A stretch of 64,000 nucleotides of DNA from Utricularia gibba. Its lineage: Eukaryota > Plantae > Magnoliophyta. A program made the translations under genes and the position numbers. Below, piece by piece: positions 14,001-26,180 of this stretch (position 1 is its first letter; every line of letters begins with the position of its first letter). The notes under the pieces were generated by a model. That model saw only the letters and a program-made list of their open reading frames with translations, made no database searches and was not told the origin of the DNA. Location of the stretch: NCBI GenBank assembly GCA_002189035.1, contig NEEC01000029.1:124001-188000 (forward strand). The letters are read 5' to 3'.

Positions 14001-15468
14001 AACTGCAAGTTGCGAGCTTCTGTTAGAAGAAGTCAAAGATATGAAGCTGAATAACAAATAAAAGAAGAAGAGACCTTCTAAAAATCGTTTCTGATCTAAT
14101 TTTAGCATTGCAGGCAGGCAAAATCACTGCATCGTGGAAGGAGGAAGATATTCCAACTTCAATCATCTTTGCTTCAATATGGCTAGAAAGATCAGACAAA
14201 GAAATGTGTTTCACGTTCTCTGCAATAGCTCCCACAGCATGTGCAGCAGCTACCCTAGTATCCCACTTTTTACTATGTAGACAATGTGATACCTGCATCA
14301 TTCCAGAAAAAATAAGTGATAGAAAAGCAGTCACATGTCCATTAATATATGGACCTGAATAGAGAAGCGACAATAAATGGTGCAAAAACTGAATCAGCTG
14401 GAGAAAGAGATGGACGGAGCATGAACATCCCAATTAGAGATTAGTCTGCTTGGCAGAAGTGTTAATTCGGAAAAATTAAAGTTCAGCCTCCATCAGTGAT
14501 TGGAGGTGGGAAAGCCATTGATGGTCCACCCCGTACCCAATATTATCCATTTTTTCCAGTCAGCCTACATGAAGATCACAACCCACATCGCATCTTTTAC
14601 ATTTTTTCTGTGCAGAAACTTCTATGATAGCCAACAATATCTAATCTATTTTGATTCAAACACGTTTAATTTGGGAATTCTAATGGAATCAGTTACGCTC
14701 ACTCATGACAAGAACAACTTCTACAAGGTTAGTGCCATCATCTTACTTAAACATTCATGTACCCCACGCCTAATCAAGGAACTTAACATTCCATGAGGTT
14801 TTGGTTCTTCCCCGGAGTTCTCACTAAGCTTTGGCATACCACTAATTACAACAACGTGGTTTTACTCTGATAACAACTCTGATAAATAGTATCTACCAGG
14901 ATCTCCCCAGTCTCCACCTGTTGTATGATATTGGCTAAATTAGAATATTTAAACTTGCATGGAACTCACAACCCACATTGTATGACTTTGGGTTTTTCCG
15001 TCTACTTAGGTCACCATTCATCCTTAATCTACTCCCGAATTTGCTTCACTTAAAAGCACCTCCTGGGGGCTCAACATCAACTGAAAAGTACACAGAACAA
15101 TCAGAACTCACCTTGCTTAAAACCGCACTCAGGTCCTGGGATGCGATTTCGCAATTTCCCCGATCTGCTTCGCTGCAGAGAACCGTGTTGCTTGGGTGGA
15201 TCCCGCTTAGAGGTTGTTAAAGAGACAAAATAACCACATTAACAGTCGATAAGAATCCAAGATACGAAACCAATTTTGAGCACAAATATTTTTTCCATTG
15301 AAATAGACAAACTTGGCTTTTCTGTTGCTATTTCATAAATAAAAATACTTGCTATTTAATGTGAATTTACAGCATAGTAGCAGTCCAAATTGAAGGCAAC
15401 AAAATGATATCAAGGATACTGTCCAACAACGTCAAGAGGCGATGAAGCCGAGATGACTGTTGAGCCAT
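5077..15468 (-). CDS. BTAF1: TATA-binding protein-associated factor BTAF1/MOT1 (HEAT repeats + SNF2 ATPase)
   Basis: Starts [16 protein letters not shown] (15468-15420), then [29 protein letters not shown] region includes WEVRHG and [17 protein letters not shown]2 motifs: [36 protein letters not shown]-terminus is [15 protein letters not shown]...KLNG* (5077). One apparent 1-bp deletion at 8697-8700 and one GC-AG intron at 11574-11662. Confidence 0.95.
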
Positions 15469-16390
15469 GGTGTAAATTACCACCACCAGGTTTCACTCTT
15501 TCAAAAAGACCTTAACTTCCGATAGTATTGATTATCATGGGCGGCCATTTCGCATCCCAATAACCGTTCCCTGAGACTATTGAATTACAATAACTTTCTG
15601 AGACCATACGAGTAAATCGACACACAAAATCAAATAGCAGAGACCGGAGCCGCATAGAAAATGAAGAAAACCTCACATCATCGTTTACTCATCGACAATG
15701 ATAAATGGATAACTACAAAGCACACTAACCACTAAAGAAGCCCTTCTAAAAATGGTGAAACATCTTAATTTCATCGGTATTGGGGTAATCACACAGAATG
15801 CGGATCCCTCCAACCAAGATAAACAAGGAATCAATTGTCCAGAAATACATAAAGATCGTGCAAAAAAATACCCGGAAAAAACGTAAATTACCAAAACAGG
15901 GATATAGAACTGAGAAACTCGATCGCTCTTCTCCCCGATAAGCGCTTCCCACGGTCTCATAGAGCGACGAAAACGAGGGTTTAGGTCGTGATAAACAGTG
16001 GACGACGCTCATTTTATAGAAGAGAAGTTGGGAAAACGGTGGCTTCAGAGTTTAACCTTCACGATTCTGAATCCGAACCCGAAATAGAATTTGACCGGAT
16101 CTACAGATGACCCGTTTAAAATCCCGGTTCACCGCTGCTGCGTGCGTGTATGGAGGGTCAAAATAGTAAATGCACCCTTTATCCACAAAAATACTAATAA
16201 TTTTAAAATATTTGTAGTTTTTGTACACATCTTCGGACATGCTAAATTAGGCACCACTTGTATAAACAAAGAGGAGTCAATCCTCAAGGCCAAGGGCTTT
16301 ATTAGTAATTTCAAGTACACGCCTTTTATGAGCTACGTGTGTAAAGATTGAAGTGATGTGGGGGTTACTACAAACAAATTGCTCTCTGCA

Positions 16391-17169
16391 TCAAGCATTT
16401 TGAGCACCACCGGCGCGGCTACTCTCATCATCGCTGCCGAATCTCGTCTTCTCCAATCGAGAGACGACGTCGAGATTGTACATCAAAGCCACCAAAGTGA
16501 AGAAGCACAGGAAGACGCCGACAGGGCCGAAGATCCAGAGAAGAAGCGGGAGTGCAGAGTAGAACACCCTGTTCCCTACGATGTTGAGCACGGATGCCCG
16601 CTCCAGCAACTCCGAGACGTACTCCGGCGCGACGGCTCCGACGGAGCAGCAGTTGATGAGGAAGTTGACTTGGTTGATGAAGCGGATGGAGAGGGAGTGG
16701 AAGAGGAAGGCGAAGAGGAGGACCATGAGGAGCACGACGTACTTGACGGCCACCATCAACTCGCCGTGGGCGCCGAACACGGCTCCGTCGAGGGGCTTCT
16801 TGACGCTGTAGGTGCTGCTGATCACAGCAGCCAGGCCGCAGCAGAGCAGGATGGCGGTCGTCGCCATGAGCGTCGATCCCATTATGGTGTTCCTCAAGGT
16901 CTGCACGGCTAGGATGTTCTTCTCATTATCCTGCCAAAACACCATCATTCACTGCTATGGGGGATGCCTGAACTCCAAGAAAAACAGATCCAGAAGTCGA
17001 ACCTTGACGATGGCGGCCACCCAATAGGTGCGGACGCGAGCATTGATTCCGATGATGGTCGAGAGGGGATCAGAGCGGACCCTGTGCCAAAGCCATACAT
17101 GGTACCCGATGAAGATCATGAACCCTGAAGGCACCAGAGCCATGTCCAGGTCCCCGCGTTCCACGCCAT
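16391..17169 (-). CDS. DUF599 family membrane protein
   Basis: Two exons. Motifs YHVWLWH, NILAVQTLRNTIMGSTLMATT, HSLSIRFINQVNFLIN and GNRVFYSALPLLLWIFGP. Likely start is MAWNAGDLDMALVP at 17169 (needs +1 base at 17152-17155); the in-frame fallback ATG is at 17143. Confidence 0.88.
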
Positions 17170-17895
17170 CAAGAATGCTCTCAAATGCAAGCACACTTTG
17201 TCTTGGGAGAGGGCTCTTTATACCCCAAGCATAAAAGTGGAAGGTGACAATATCATGCATCCACAACCGTATCATTGATAATTAAAAAAAAAGCATGTAT
17301 TATAGGACTGACATTGCATTAAAAAGTGGAAAAAGAAGGGTCTTGTAATTGGAGATTAGTGAGATTCAGAGTAGACACAAAAAGAAATGAAGTAAAGCCA
17401 GCGACCACGAGGCACCTACTTCGTGTAATCCCATTTAAGATGCGTAACAAGATGAGCGACCACATGAAATACATTAGTGGACAACAGGTGTCATCAATTT
17501 ACCCAAGGCGTCTCTAACTCTCTAGTGGCACGTGAAATGGAGCATATGAGTGGATTCATAAGTTAGAGGAACAATTAGGAACCCACTGTAAAATTCAAAA
17601 TCGAGCATCGATGCATTCACTGCAGTTGCATTCATTGACCATCCAATAATTAATTAATATTTTGCAACGATGTGAATTGCATATTTTGTGTGAATGATAA
17701 GAATTCACTATTTTGTTTTGCAGAACCTGGCATCCTTGATCGGTAACTGCCTGATTCCTTTCAGATTTCTCAGTTGATAGTATGCTGCAAGAGACGAAAA
17801 ACGAGAATAGTCTTGATAAGCATGCTCATCATATGATCTTCAAAACTTAATTATTTGGGCTCAAGCTGAGAATGTTACAGATCAAGGACTGGACA

Positions 17896-20247
17896 TTAAA
17901 TACAGCAGGGGTTGGTTGTTTCACCTCTAAGATCTAGAGAGCATTGGATGCAAAGCATTTGCACTAGGGAGAACGTCTTCTTCCTGCGGGGAGAAGGGTA
18001 ATCTCCCATCACTGCAGCCCTCAGCATCCGGGCCCTTGAACCTTGGAATCTTTTTTTTAAGAGCAAGAATGCTTGCTTTCGTTCCATACTATCTGTGTGG
18101 TCATCCAATGGCCTCTTGCTACGTGTGTGACCAGTCACAGTTGGAGGAGCTGAAATGCAGGGGTCTGAAACGGGAAATCAAAATTTTGTCCAACTGCAAC
18201 AAAATCATCATTAAACTTAAAACATACCGTCAGATGGGTCATCTCTGTAAATCTCTGGACTTGGCGATCTATTGATTCTCTCAGATGTCTCGAGTTGATG
18301 ACTTGTGACCATAGAAATATTTTGAGATTGCTGATTGGTAGGCATACATGCGGCTTCATGCAGTGAAAACTCGATCCTTTGGTCTTCCTCGTTGCCAGAA
18401 GTGTTCCTAATTTGTGACTTGGTAGCTATGTCAAAGCAAGGAGGGAGTTCAGGTTTCTGTTCAGGAGACGTTGGCAATGCAGTCTGCTTTTCTAAAACTG
18501 ATGTTGGCGACGTATTGGAAATCTCAGACTCCAAACATAGTTTGTGAGATTCATAGAAAGTTGAAAACCATGGGGTCCCCTCCCTAGAGTAGAATAGAAT
18601 GTAAGCCTGCTGCGATAGCACATACTCTTCATCGACCACCGTTACCTGACCAAAAATGTGGAATATTAGCCAAAGAAAAACTAGATTTCAGGGTTAATAT
18701 AATTAAGCTGGAAGCTCAAGATGTTTACACTTGAGTCATCAAACTTGCACCACATATTTTGTGATATGCGATTGAAGCAATAGTAGTGGCCGGAGGTGGA
18801 AGCCCATCCGCGGTGCACCACAATGGCATAGAGAGTGTACTGAAGGTCTATCTGCAAACGGAAACCAGAAGCATGGAGTAGGATTTCATAGTCAGCTGAT
18901 GACATTAGATTTCAAGCAGAATGTCACAAAACAATGAGTCAAAAAAAAAAAAATAGGGAGAGAGAGTGAGACTCACGTCACTATTTCCACTAGTGAAAGG
19001 AAGCAAATCCAAGTCCGTGGGGAAGGCCACATGCTTATCAATTTTCTCAACATAATGACCATCATTTTTGAATCTCTTCAAATGAAATACAGCCACTTGC
19101 GGGGTCTCGTGAAGGGAAAGTTGTTTCTCTACAAATACCTTCTCCTTACACTCATTGCAAGTGAACTTATTTTCAGGATCCTCAATTTTCTCAAGCTTTG
19201 TGAAAGATTTCAGGGCAGATTCAAGAGTATCAGCATCCTCAATCTCCAAACTCATATCAATTGAAAGCTCGTAAGTCTCAGAACAGTTACCACAGCTGCA
19301 GCAAGTCAGCTGCAAACAAGAAATTTCTTGTAGAAATCAAAATTCTGAACTCTAACATTATAGAACAGAAATGCTAGAAAAAAGGACGACATTCAAAACT
19401 GAAGCTCGTACCTTGCTGAGGATACGGCCACCAAACACTTCTTTGACTAGGGTCTCACTACGAGGCGGTGCAGAATCTTTAGAATTTGGATTAAAAGAGC
19501 TTTCGAGCTTGTCCAAATAACATTGAAGGAACTCGTGCGCATCTTCCTGCTGGTACATTTGAAAATTTGAAGAGAAATCTGATAGTTCTCGAAGTTAAAG
19601 TAACAAAGTACGACCAAACTGGGAAAAACTCAAGCAAAATATACTAGAAAAGATCAAGTCAGAACGTGAACAGAAAAGGATACAGTTTAGGTTATTGAAG
19701 ATTCTGCCTGGGTATAGAACTCTCCATTTCAGCGAACGCTTAACTAGATCCTTTAGATCACACAGCGTGCAAAATTCATCAGCACTACCTGCAAATTAAG
19801 AAAATTTTGCAATCAAAACGATATTGTATATATCTATATACAACTCCTGCACAAACAACATGACTTAACGTACAATTAGAATGCGTGCGCTGTTTATCTG
19901 AGAAGATTCGATTGAGAAGTGGAACAGTATGCATGAAACATTGTAACACCGAATTCATGAAACATGTATTCCCCAGATTTTCGAGCCCCGCCCCCTGTCA
20001 TAACTCACTTAGATAACCATCAGAAATAATTCACCACCACACCGACAAATAGAAATCCAAATACTGGCCATAAGAACAAAAAAGAAAGAGAGTTCGACTG
20101 GCTAACCAGATCAATCCCGCTATCGTCGTGACGAAACCGATCAGCGGAGTGACCGCCGCCGAGAGATGTGCAATTTGGTGATTCATATTCAGACGTCAAT
20201 TCGAGGCGATTATCCACCATCGGCGGCGAAGAAGCAGAGAGTAACAT
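17896..20247 (-). CDS. Ubiquitin carboxyl-terminal hydrolase (USP, UBP20/UBP21-like)
   Basis: Cys box GAGLENLGNTCFMNSVLQC (~19995-19940), QQEDAHEFL, FHLKRF, His box YAIVVHRG..SGHYYCF..KFDDS and QQAYILFY. The last exon ends at 17896. The start codon and the exon 1 donor are uncertain. Confidence 0.88.
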
Positions 20248-20522
20248 TCCGATGACGCCGCAGGTTGCAATTTTGGCCGAGAAGATCTCAGTAGGGTTTT
20301 GAAAGAAAATTCGGGAGGGAGAACGAAATTTTGTAATGGAGGGAAACAGATTCACTCTCAAAACTTGTTTCTTGAATTCAAAGATTTGCTTCTATATTTT
20401 ATATCATTAATTACTCAAATGAAATTAAATAATAAAATTGACGATTAAAAGTAATACATATTTATTGCTGATAAGGTAAAATCAGTATGAAAAAGATCAA
20501 CGGCTAGCCGGGTTTCCCTTGC

Positions 20523-22420
20523 CTATTTGCCGCTGATATAATCAATCAGAAGCTTATCAAGCTGGAAGTGTTGGCAAACTAGTCTCTGCAACAACATCCA
20601 TGGAGCATAAGCTGCTATAGTATAAACTAAGCAAGGCCACTTACATTTAGGCCTTTTTACGCATCTTCGAGAGTGTAAATATAAGTCGAATCGAAAATAC
20701 GAGTACCTTAGATAAGGGAATATTGAAGAAGTATGCTTCAGGGTCCCCTTGAGTTAACCGGGAAACCTCAACACCATCATCAAACAGCACATAGTTTGGA
20801 AGCTGCTGAGATGTGGCTGTACAATCAAGCGACCAGTTTGATATATGTGGAAACTGGTAAGGATGGTGAAGAAGAAATGTAGGGGACTCAGGTTCTTACT
20901 GTGGGCAACTCCGAATTTCTCTGCGGCATTTGGAAATAGTCCGATATTAACGGTTCCGAATGATAAATTTTTGTTGGAGAATCTACATTACAGCAACTCA
21001 GAGTGAAGGAAGAGTTGTGTTGATCAATGAATTTAAAGAATAACTTGAAGAAAGCGCAAGGGGCGAGCTGACTCACGTGATTGATAGCTCTGGGAAAAAT
21101 GAACTTGATCTAACACAACTGGATGTAGATAAAGAACGAAATTCCACCTGTAAAATTCCACCAAGAAATAGAAGGAATCATACTTTGTCAAGAAAGGAGA
21201 AAAAGGGAACCCTATAACTGCATCTTGATGGTCTCCCTTCCCTGTGCATTGAGAAACTTGCAAGCTATTACTTAAGTCATCTCTTCAAAACCACTTCCAA
21301 TCATGCACTCGACACAGTTAAAAAAAAAAAAAGAAAAAAGAAGCTAAATAAGGATCCTGTATAACGAGAACTCTGACCAGTCAGTGGACCCACCATCCAG
21401 TATCTTGGGCTACTCCCTTCGGTTAGCAGAGTCTCCAGTTGCAATGGTGTTAAGTAACTTACCGTCCCTATAAAGATTATGTGCACGGAACCCAGAATAC
21501 TCAGCATGAAAAATAGTTCTCTGATAAGCAATAAACAGAATGGAGGATGGAGAAGAGAAAAACTTGAGAGTAGCTAGGTGTATATTTTACCTTGCTCTTT
21601 GAAAGCGGGTTGTTGAACAATGATATACATAACTGTCAAGTAGAAGAAGTGATGCTTAAATATTGAGAATATGAAGACTAGAGAGTGCTGATCTATCAAG
21701 AAGCAAAGTCAATGAATAAGAGGTCAGTAGCTACATAAATAGGACACAAGTGCCGCATACCCAAAAAAGCAACTGCATACCACATAGCCAGGTGGTAATC
21801 CATCAACAGAGCAGCACAAGCAAGACAAATCTGAAGAAGATACCAACAGGTAGCAAGTATGTATGAGAAGACAGTGCGTCTGATGGTAGAATGCAGATGT
21901 TGCAAAATAAATCACCTTAGCAGAGAAAAGAGTAAACCCTACAAAATCCTCCCAAGATTCTTTTCTTACAAGCTGCAAGTGCATATGTGAAGTACAGTCA
22001 AAATAAAATGGAATACTGGATCCTTCTCAAGATAAAGCATTAACTAGGTAATGTTAATCAATTCCCAAAACTTAAATTATCAAATTTTCCAGCAAAGAAT
22101 CTGGATTACGCAAAGTAAAAAACGAAATGAAGTTTTACCTTTACAGCAGTTAAAACTACAAAAGCCAGCAGCAACTGAATCTCCTGGGAAACAATAGAAT
22201 AGAAATTTTTTTTTCAAATTGAGGTGAAACAGACTACCACATGATTGATGCCGAAATAAACAGAGCATGAGGGATCACAATTTACTCGGCGAAAAAGACG
22301 CGCTGGGAGTATAGGAGTCGGTAGTTCAGACGCAGAGCAGCGAACAACAATGTACGAGAAAAAAACAAAGAAGTGGATCAAATAATAGGGTTCGGAAGCT
22401 ACACGGCTGAAGCTCATCAT
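20523..22420 (-). CDS. TMX2: Thioredoxin-related transmembrane protein 2-like (TMX2)
   Basis: Small exons assembled by eye: SEPYYLIHFFVFFSY / EIQLLLAFVVLTAVK / LVRKESWEDF / MDYHLAMWY / QQPAF / LTPLQLETLL..YWM / VEFRSLSTSSCVRSSSFFPELSIT / FSNKNLSFGTVNIGLFPNAAEKFG / QLPNYVLF / RLVCQHFQLDKLLIDYISGK*. Degenerate SxxC thioredoxin site, as in TMX2. Confidence 0.85.
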
Positions 22421-22805
22421 CGTCACTTTCGTCGTCCGATGAAATCTCCAATCTCTGATGATCGGAAAACCAGAAAAGCAAGTGTAGACCGTACAGAAAT
22501 GTTTGAAACTACACTGGGCTCTAGACGGCCCATGAGATTGTGCACCCGGATCACAGTCTAGGCCCATGCGCCCATGAAGTTAAATAATATTATAAATTAA
22601 ATTAAAAATTATAATATTAAATTTTAAGTTAAAAATATTTTCAAAAAATGATACAATATAAAATTGTAATATATTGAATATTATGAAACGTACACAACAT
22701 AATTGATGATTTTTAAAATACAAAATATTAGCTGTAACAACTGGTGCCAAGTTAGCTTCAACCTCAGAACTGTCAAGCTTCAGACGTATGCAACCGATGA
22801 GTTGC

Positions 22806-24181
22806 TCAGTTCGGCGACGAACATGTCCGGCGAACCTCGCCGCCGTCAGCCTCGCTCTTCACTCCAATACTAGCGAGCTTCAAAAAGGATTCTTGCCACC
22901 TCTCGAAGAAGCTTTCCTGACTGTTTGCAAACTCACTGACTTTACTTGCAGTTCTCTTGTCACTCACCAGAGCTGAATCCGATTGAAACAGACCCTTGTT
23001 CTCCAGCAGAACCTTGTAGTACTCATTGTCAAACAAGAAAGGCGATCCAGGGTCGTTATTCACCGTCACAGAATCGTCGGTAGTTCCATGCGGGCACCTT
23101 TTGATCAGCTGCACTGCGTATTCCCTGTCCAGGGATGAATCAATCATCGTGATGTTTCCGTTCGTGTCTACCTCAAACCGGTCGTCAAATGCACTGCAGT
23201 GAGCTGATCCGATTGTATGAGCCCCTGCCACACAATCAGAATCTAAGTTTCAGGTGAACTTTAGCTGATCAGGGGATCGATCCCCAACAAATTACAGTAA
23301 GGATGGTGCAGTTGCACCCCAATCATAGAGAAGAGTAAATGAAAGGTTGCCCACAGAGACAATGCTCTAAATGCAGCACACCTACTGCATAAATGAGTGC
23401 AGTGTAGAGACATTTACACACCAAAGTTGAGCATTTTTTAACCCAAGTGAAAGGTGATTAACCTGAGAGTGTCACAAGGTCATCCATGGATAACCCCTTC
23501 TGAGAGAAAACGTGAGCCATCTCATCCAGTGTGAAGCTTGTGTCAATGATGTTTGGTCTCACGTTTGAATCCACTGAAACTCTCCCATCTTTTCTCCCTG
23601 TGGGCATCACAACACTTGGTCCCCCTGTCTGGAATTAACAACACAGATTACCACATTGAAATAGGTTAAACTCATTGCTAATCCCATTTCTGTTGGTACT
23701 TACTAGCTCCACTGCGTCTCTAGCAGCCAATGCAAGAATATCAGCACAAGATACAGTTCCAGGGCAAAAGATTTCCAGAACCCTTTTCGCGGAATCAATA
23801 ACTGAGAACCCACCAAGTGACTGGTTTGCAGGATCACTTCTCTCGGTATTGTTCCCTTGTATCAGCACAGAAGCATCACACCCCTAAACAAAATCCATGA
23901 TTGAAGAATGACATTTTTCGACCTATTTGACAAAGAAAATGCACGTCCCATTGTTACCTCGACGAAGCAATCGTGAAACAACAAGCGGAGTAGCTTCCCG
24001 GAACCGTTGGATCCGCCTGGGAAGCAGATCTGACCGTCTGTTTCACCATCATTTCTGCCGCTGGGCAGGAACCCGCGTAGAATCCCACAGACAGAGGGGA
24101 ACAAATGGGTGCAAACAACAGTAAAAAGAGTAGCTGGAGAACGTATTTACGGGAAACGACCTCCACAAACGACTTCCCCAT
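22806..24181 (-). CDS. Class III secretory peroxidase (PER46/PER18-like)
   Basis: Four exons with a signal peptide, [47 protein letters not shown] and LFQSDSAL. Apparent 1-bp deletion at 23995-23999 in exon 1. Confidence 0.92.
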
Positions 24182-25790
24182 TCACCGAATTCAGCACGAA
24201 AAGAAGAAATTTTTTCGAACTGGGGAGCCCGGGGTTCTACAGAAAACTGGATATTTCGTAGCTATGCGGTAGATGTAAATGATTACCAGATGCCCAAGCC
24301 ATGGAAAACCGCAGCAAGTTCTAATCTTGAGCAAAAGAAATGATTGAAAAATAAAAGAAAGAAACGAAGTGGCTTGGGGCGTTGGGAAGATGGGTAAGTA
24401 AATGCGAATGTTGCGTCTCACAAATGCGAGTAAATTGACGACGGATTCTGGAAATCACCAAAAACACTGGTTTTCTGTGGAGGCAATAAATGGGTTCTTG
24501 CCAGTGGGCAGTGGGGGTGTGTCCCAGTTCGCAAACATGCAGTGTTTTTTTTAACATGCACTGTTCACACATGCAACCAGGCATTATTATTTATTATATT
24601 CCTCTTTAGATAATGAAGGTTTTCAAAATTTATTATGGAAAAATATATTTTCTCCATTAATTTTTTTACCAATATTTCATTCATTTCTTATATACAATTT
24701 TTTCAAAGAATTAATTTTATATCTTAAATCACTAAAAAAAACTTTTATTTTCCCCCCATGTATGGTTTTACTGTTACTTATAATTAATTTTTTTCACCAT
24801 TTTTGTTTTGTCCAATTCTTACAAGCTCCACTACTTGTTCTTCATTACCTTCTCTTGATGGCTGAGTCCTTAGGGCTTACTTTTTGATTAATTCTGTGCC
24901 TTTTTTCTGCTGCATTGAAGGTTTGTATGATGTTGAAGTATCTTCATGAAGAACAACACACGAGACGAAGAAGGGTGAGAATGGTTAGGGCTAGGGTTCT
25001 GTAAGACCGAAACCCTAGTCTTCTAATATGATCGAGAGCATCCTCCATCGATGGCTGTATTGCAGAGTAACCCTAGTCTCTGGTGATCCTCTTCATAATC
25101 CACCTTTTTGGGGATAAACTCCCCATTATTTGAGTGAATACTTCAAGGGGAGTTGTGTCCAACACACTGCAAGCAGCAGATCACAACTGCATCAACTGGG
25201 TCTGTAGCTGGTGGTCGGAGTTCTTGAAATCCTGAGCTTTCGTTCTTCCGACAGCAACTTGGCGAACCTGAAACACACCGTGTGGTCTCCGATGAATTGG
25301 TAAAGGCTAAATAACAATGAACAACATAAACCCATCATTAACCAACACTAGATCCAGGGGGAGTGGGGGCGGTGGTATGCTTGCCTTTTCAGAGCCTCCT
25401 CATTGGTTTCTCCATTCGGAACAGCTTCAGTGCTTCCGGTGAAGAGGTTCGGCGACGCGACGGGTTTTTTCAGTATGTTTTCTCCAATTCTCACAAGTCC
25501 GTCCATGTTCATACTCGTCGCGACGTCCATCGACGAGTACTCTTCGGGCAGTGCGTCCTCCTGGTGAAGGTTGACTTAATCAGCCGTGCGGAGATGGAAA
25601 AATGACTCCAAGAGGAGATGTGGACGAGAAGATGATCGAACACTTTACTTGAATCCGGAGATAATTTTGTTCGCTGTCATGGGCTTTAAACACCGTGCTT
25701 ACGAAGTAATCCACCAAATCAGCACTGGCTTCGCTGAAGATGTCAATAAGGGGAACGGAGTTCCCCTGGATCAGCCAGCCCAGTAGTCCC

Positions 25791-26180
25791 TGATAGCAGT
25801 TTATATCGATGTGTGAGGGTTGTAGAATAGATATTTTGTAATGTTATGCAAGAGTACACATATTTATAGTTCTTTAGCAACGGTCGCCTACTTCTAGGGA
25901 TTAGCCGTTGCTCACTACGACTTCCAACAATATTGACTTCAGCACGTTGGGCCATATCATCATGTTGGGCCATTTTCTTGAAGTGGATGAGTAGCAAGAT
26001 CTTTGTTGGTGGCCCATCTTCTGATCTTGCTGTCCAGTATAATCAGTCCGAGTTGCTGACAGACCTTCTTCTTCTTCCTCCCGTTATCTCTCAACACATT
26101 CGTATTTTCCTGTTCTGGGTCCTCCACATTTCTCACAGTTTGCTGCTGGTTTATCTCATATTCGTCCTCACTCGACATCA
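25791..26180 (-). repeat. 3' LTR (390 bp)
   Basis: Direct repeat of 30748-31137 with 2 mismatches (25828 T/30785 C and 25838 G/30795 T). TATA-like CTATAAATA on the minus strand at 25869-25861. Confidence 0.97.

Noticed and set aside
16358-16912. 184-aa plus-strand ORF
   Set aside because: Antisense shadow of the GC-rich DUF599 exon. The same applies to the shadow ORFs over BTAF1, ABC1K (37853-38648), Lhcb1 (59682-60002) and the RLK.
22580-24850. AT-rich intergenic tracts as MITEs or CRISPR-like arrays (also 230-660, 32450-33700, 35150-35350)
   Set aside because: No terminal inverted repeats, TSDs or regularly spaced repeats were seen.
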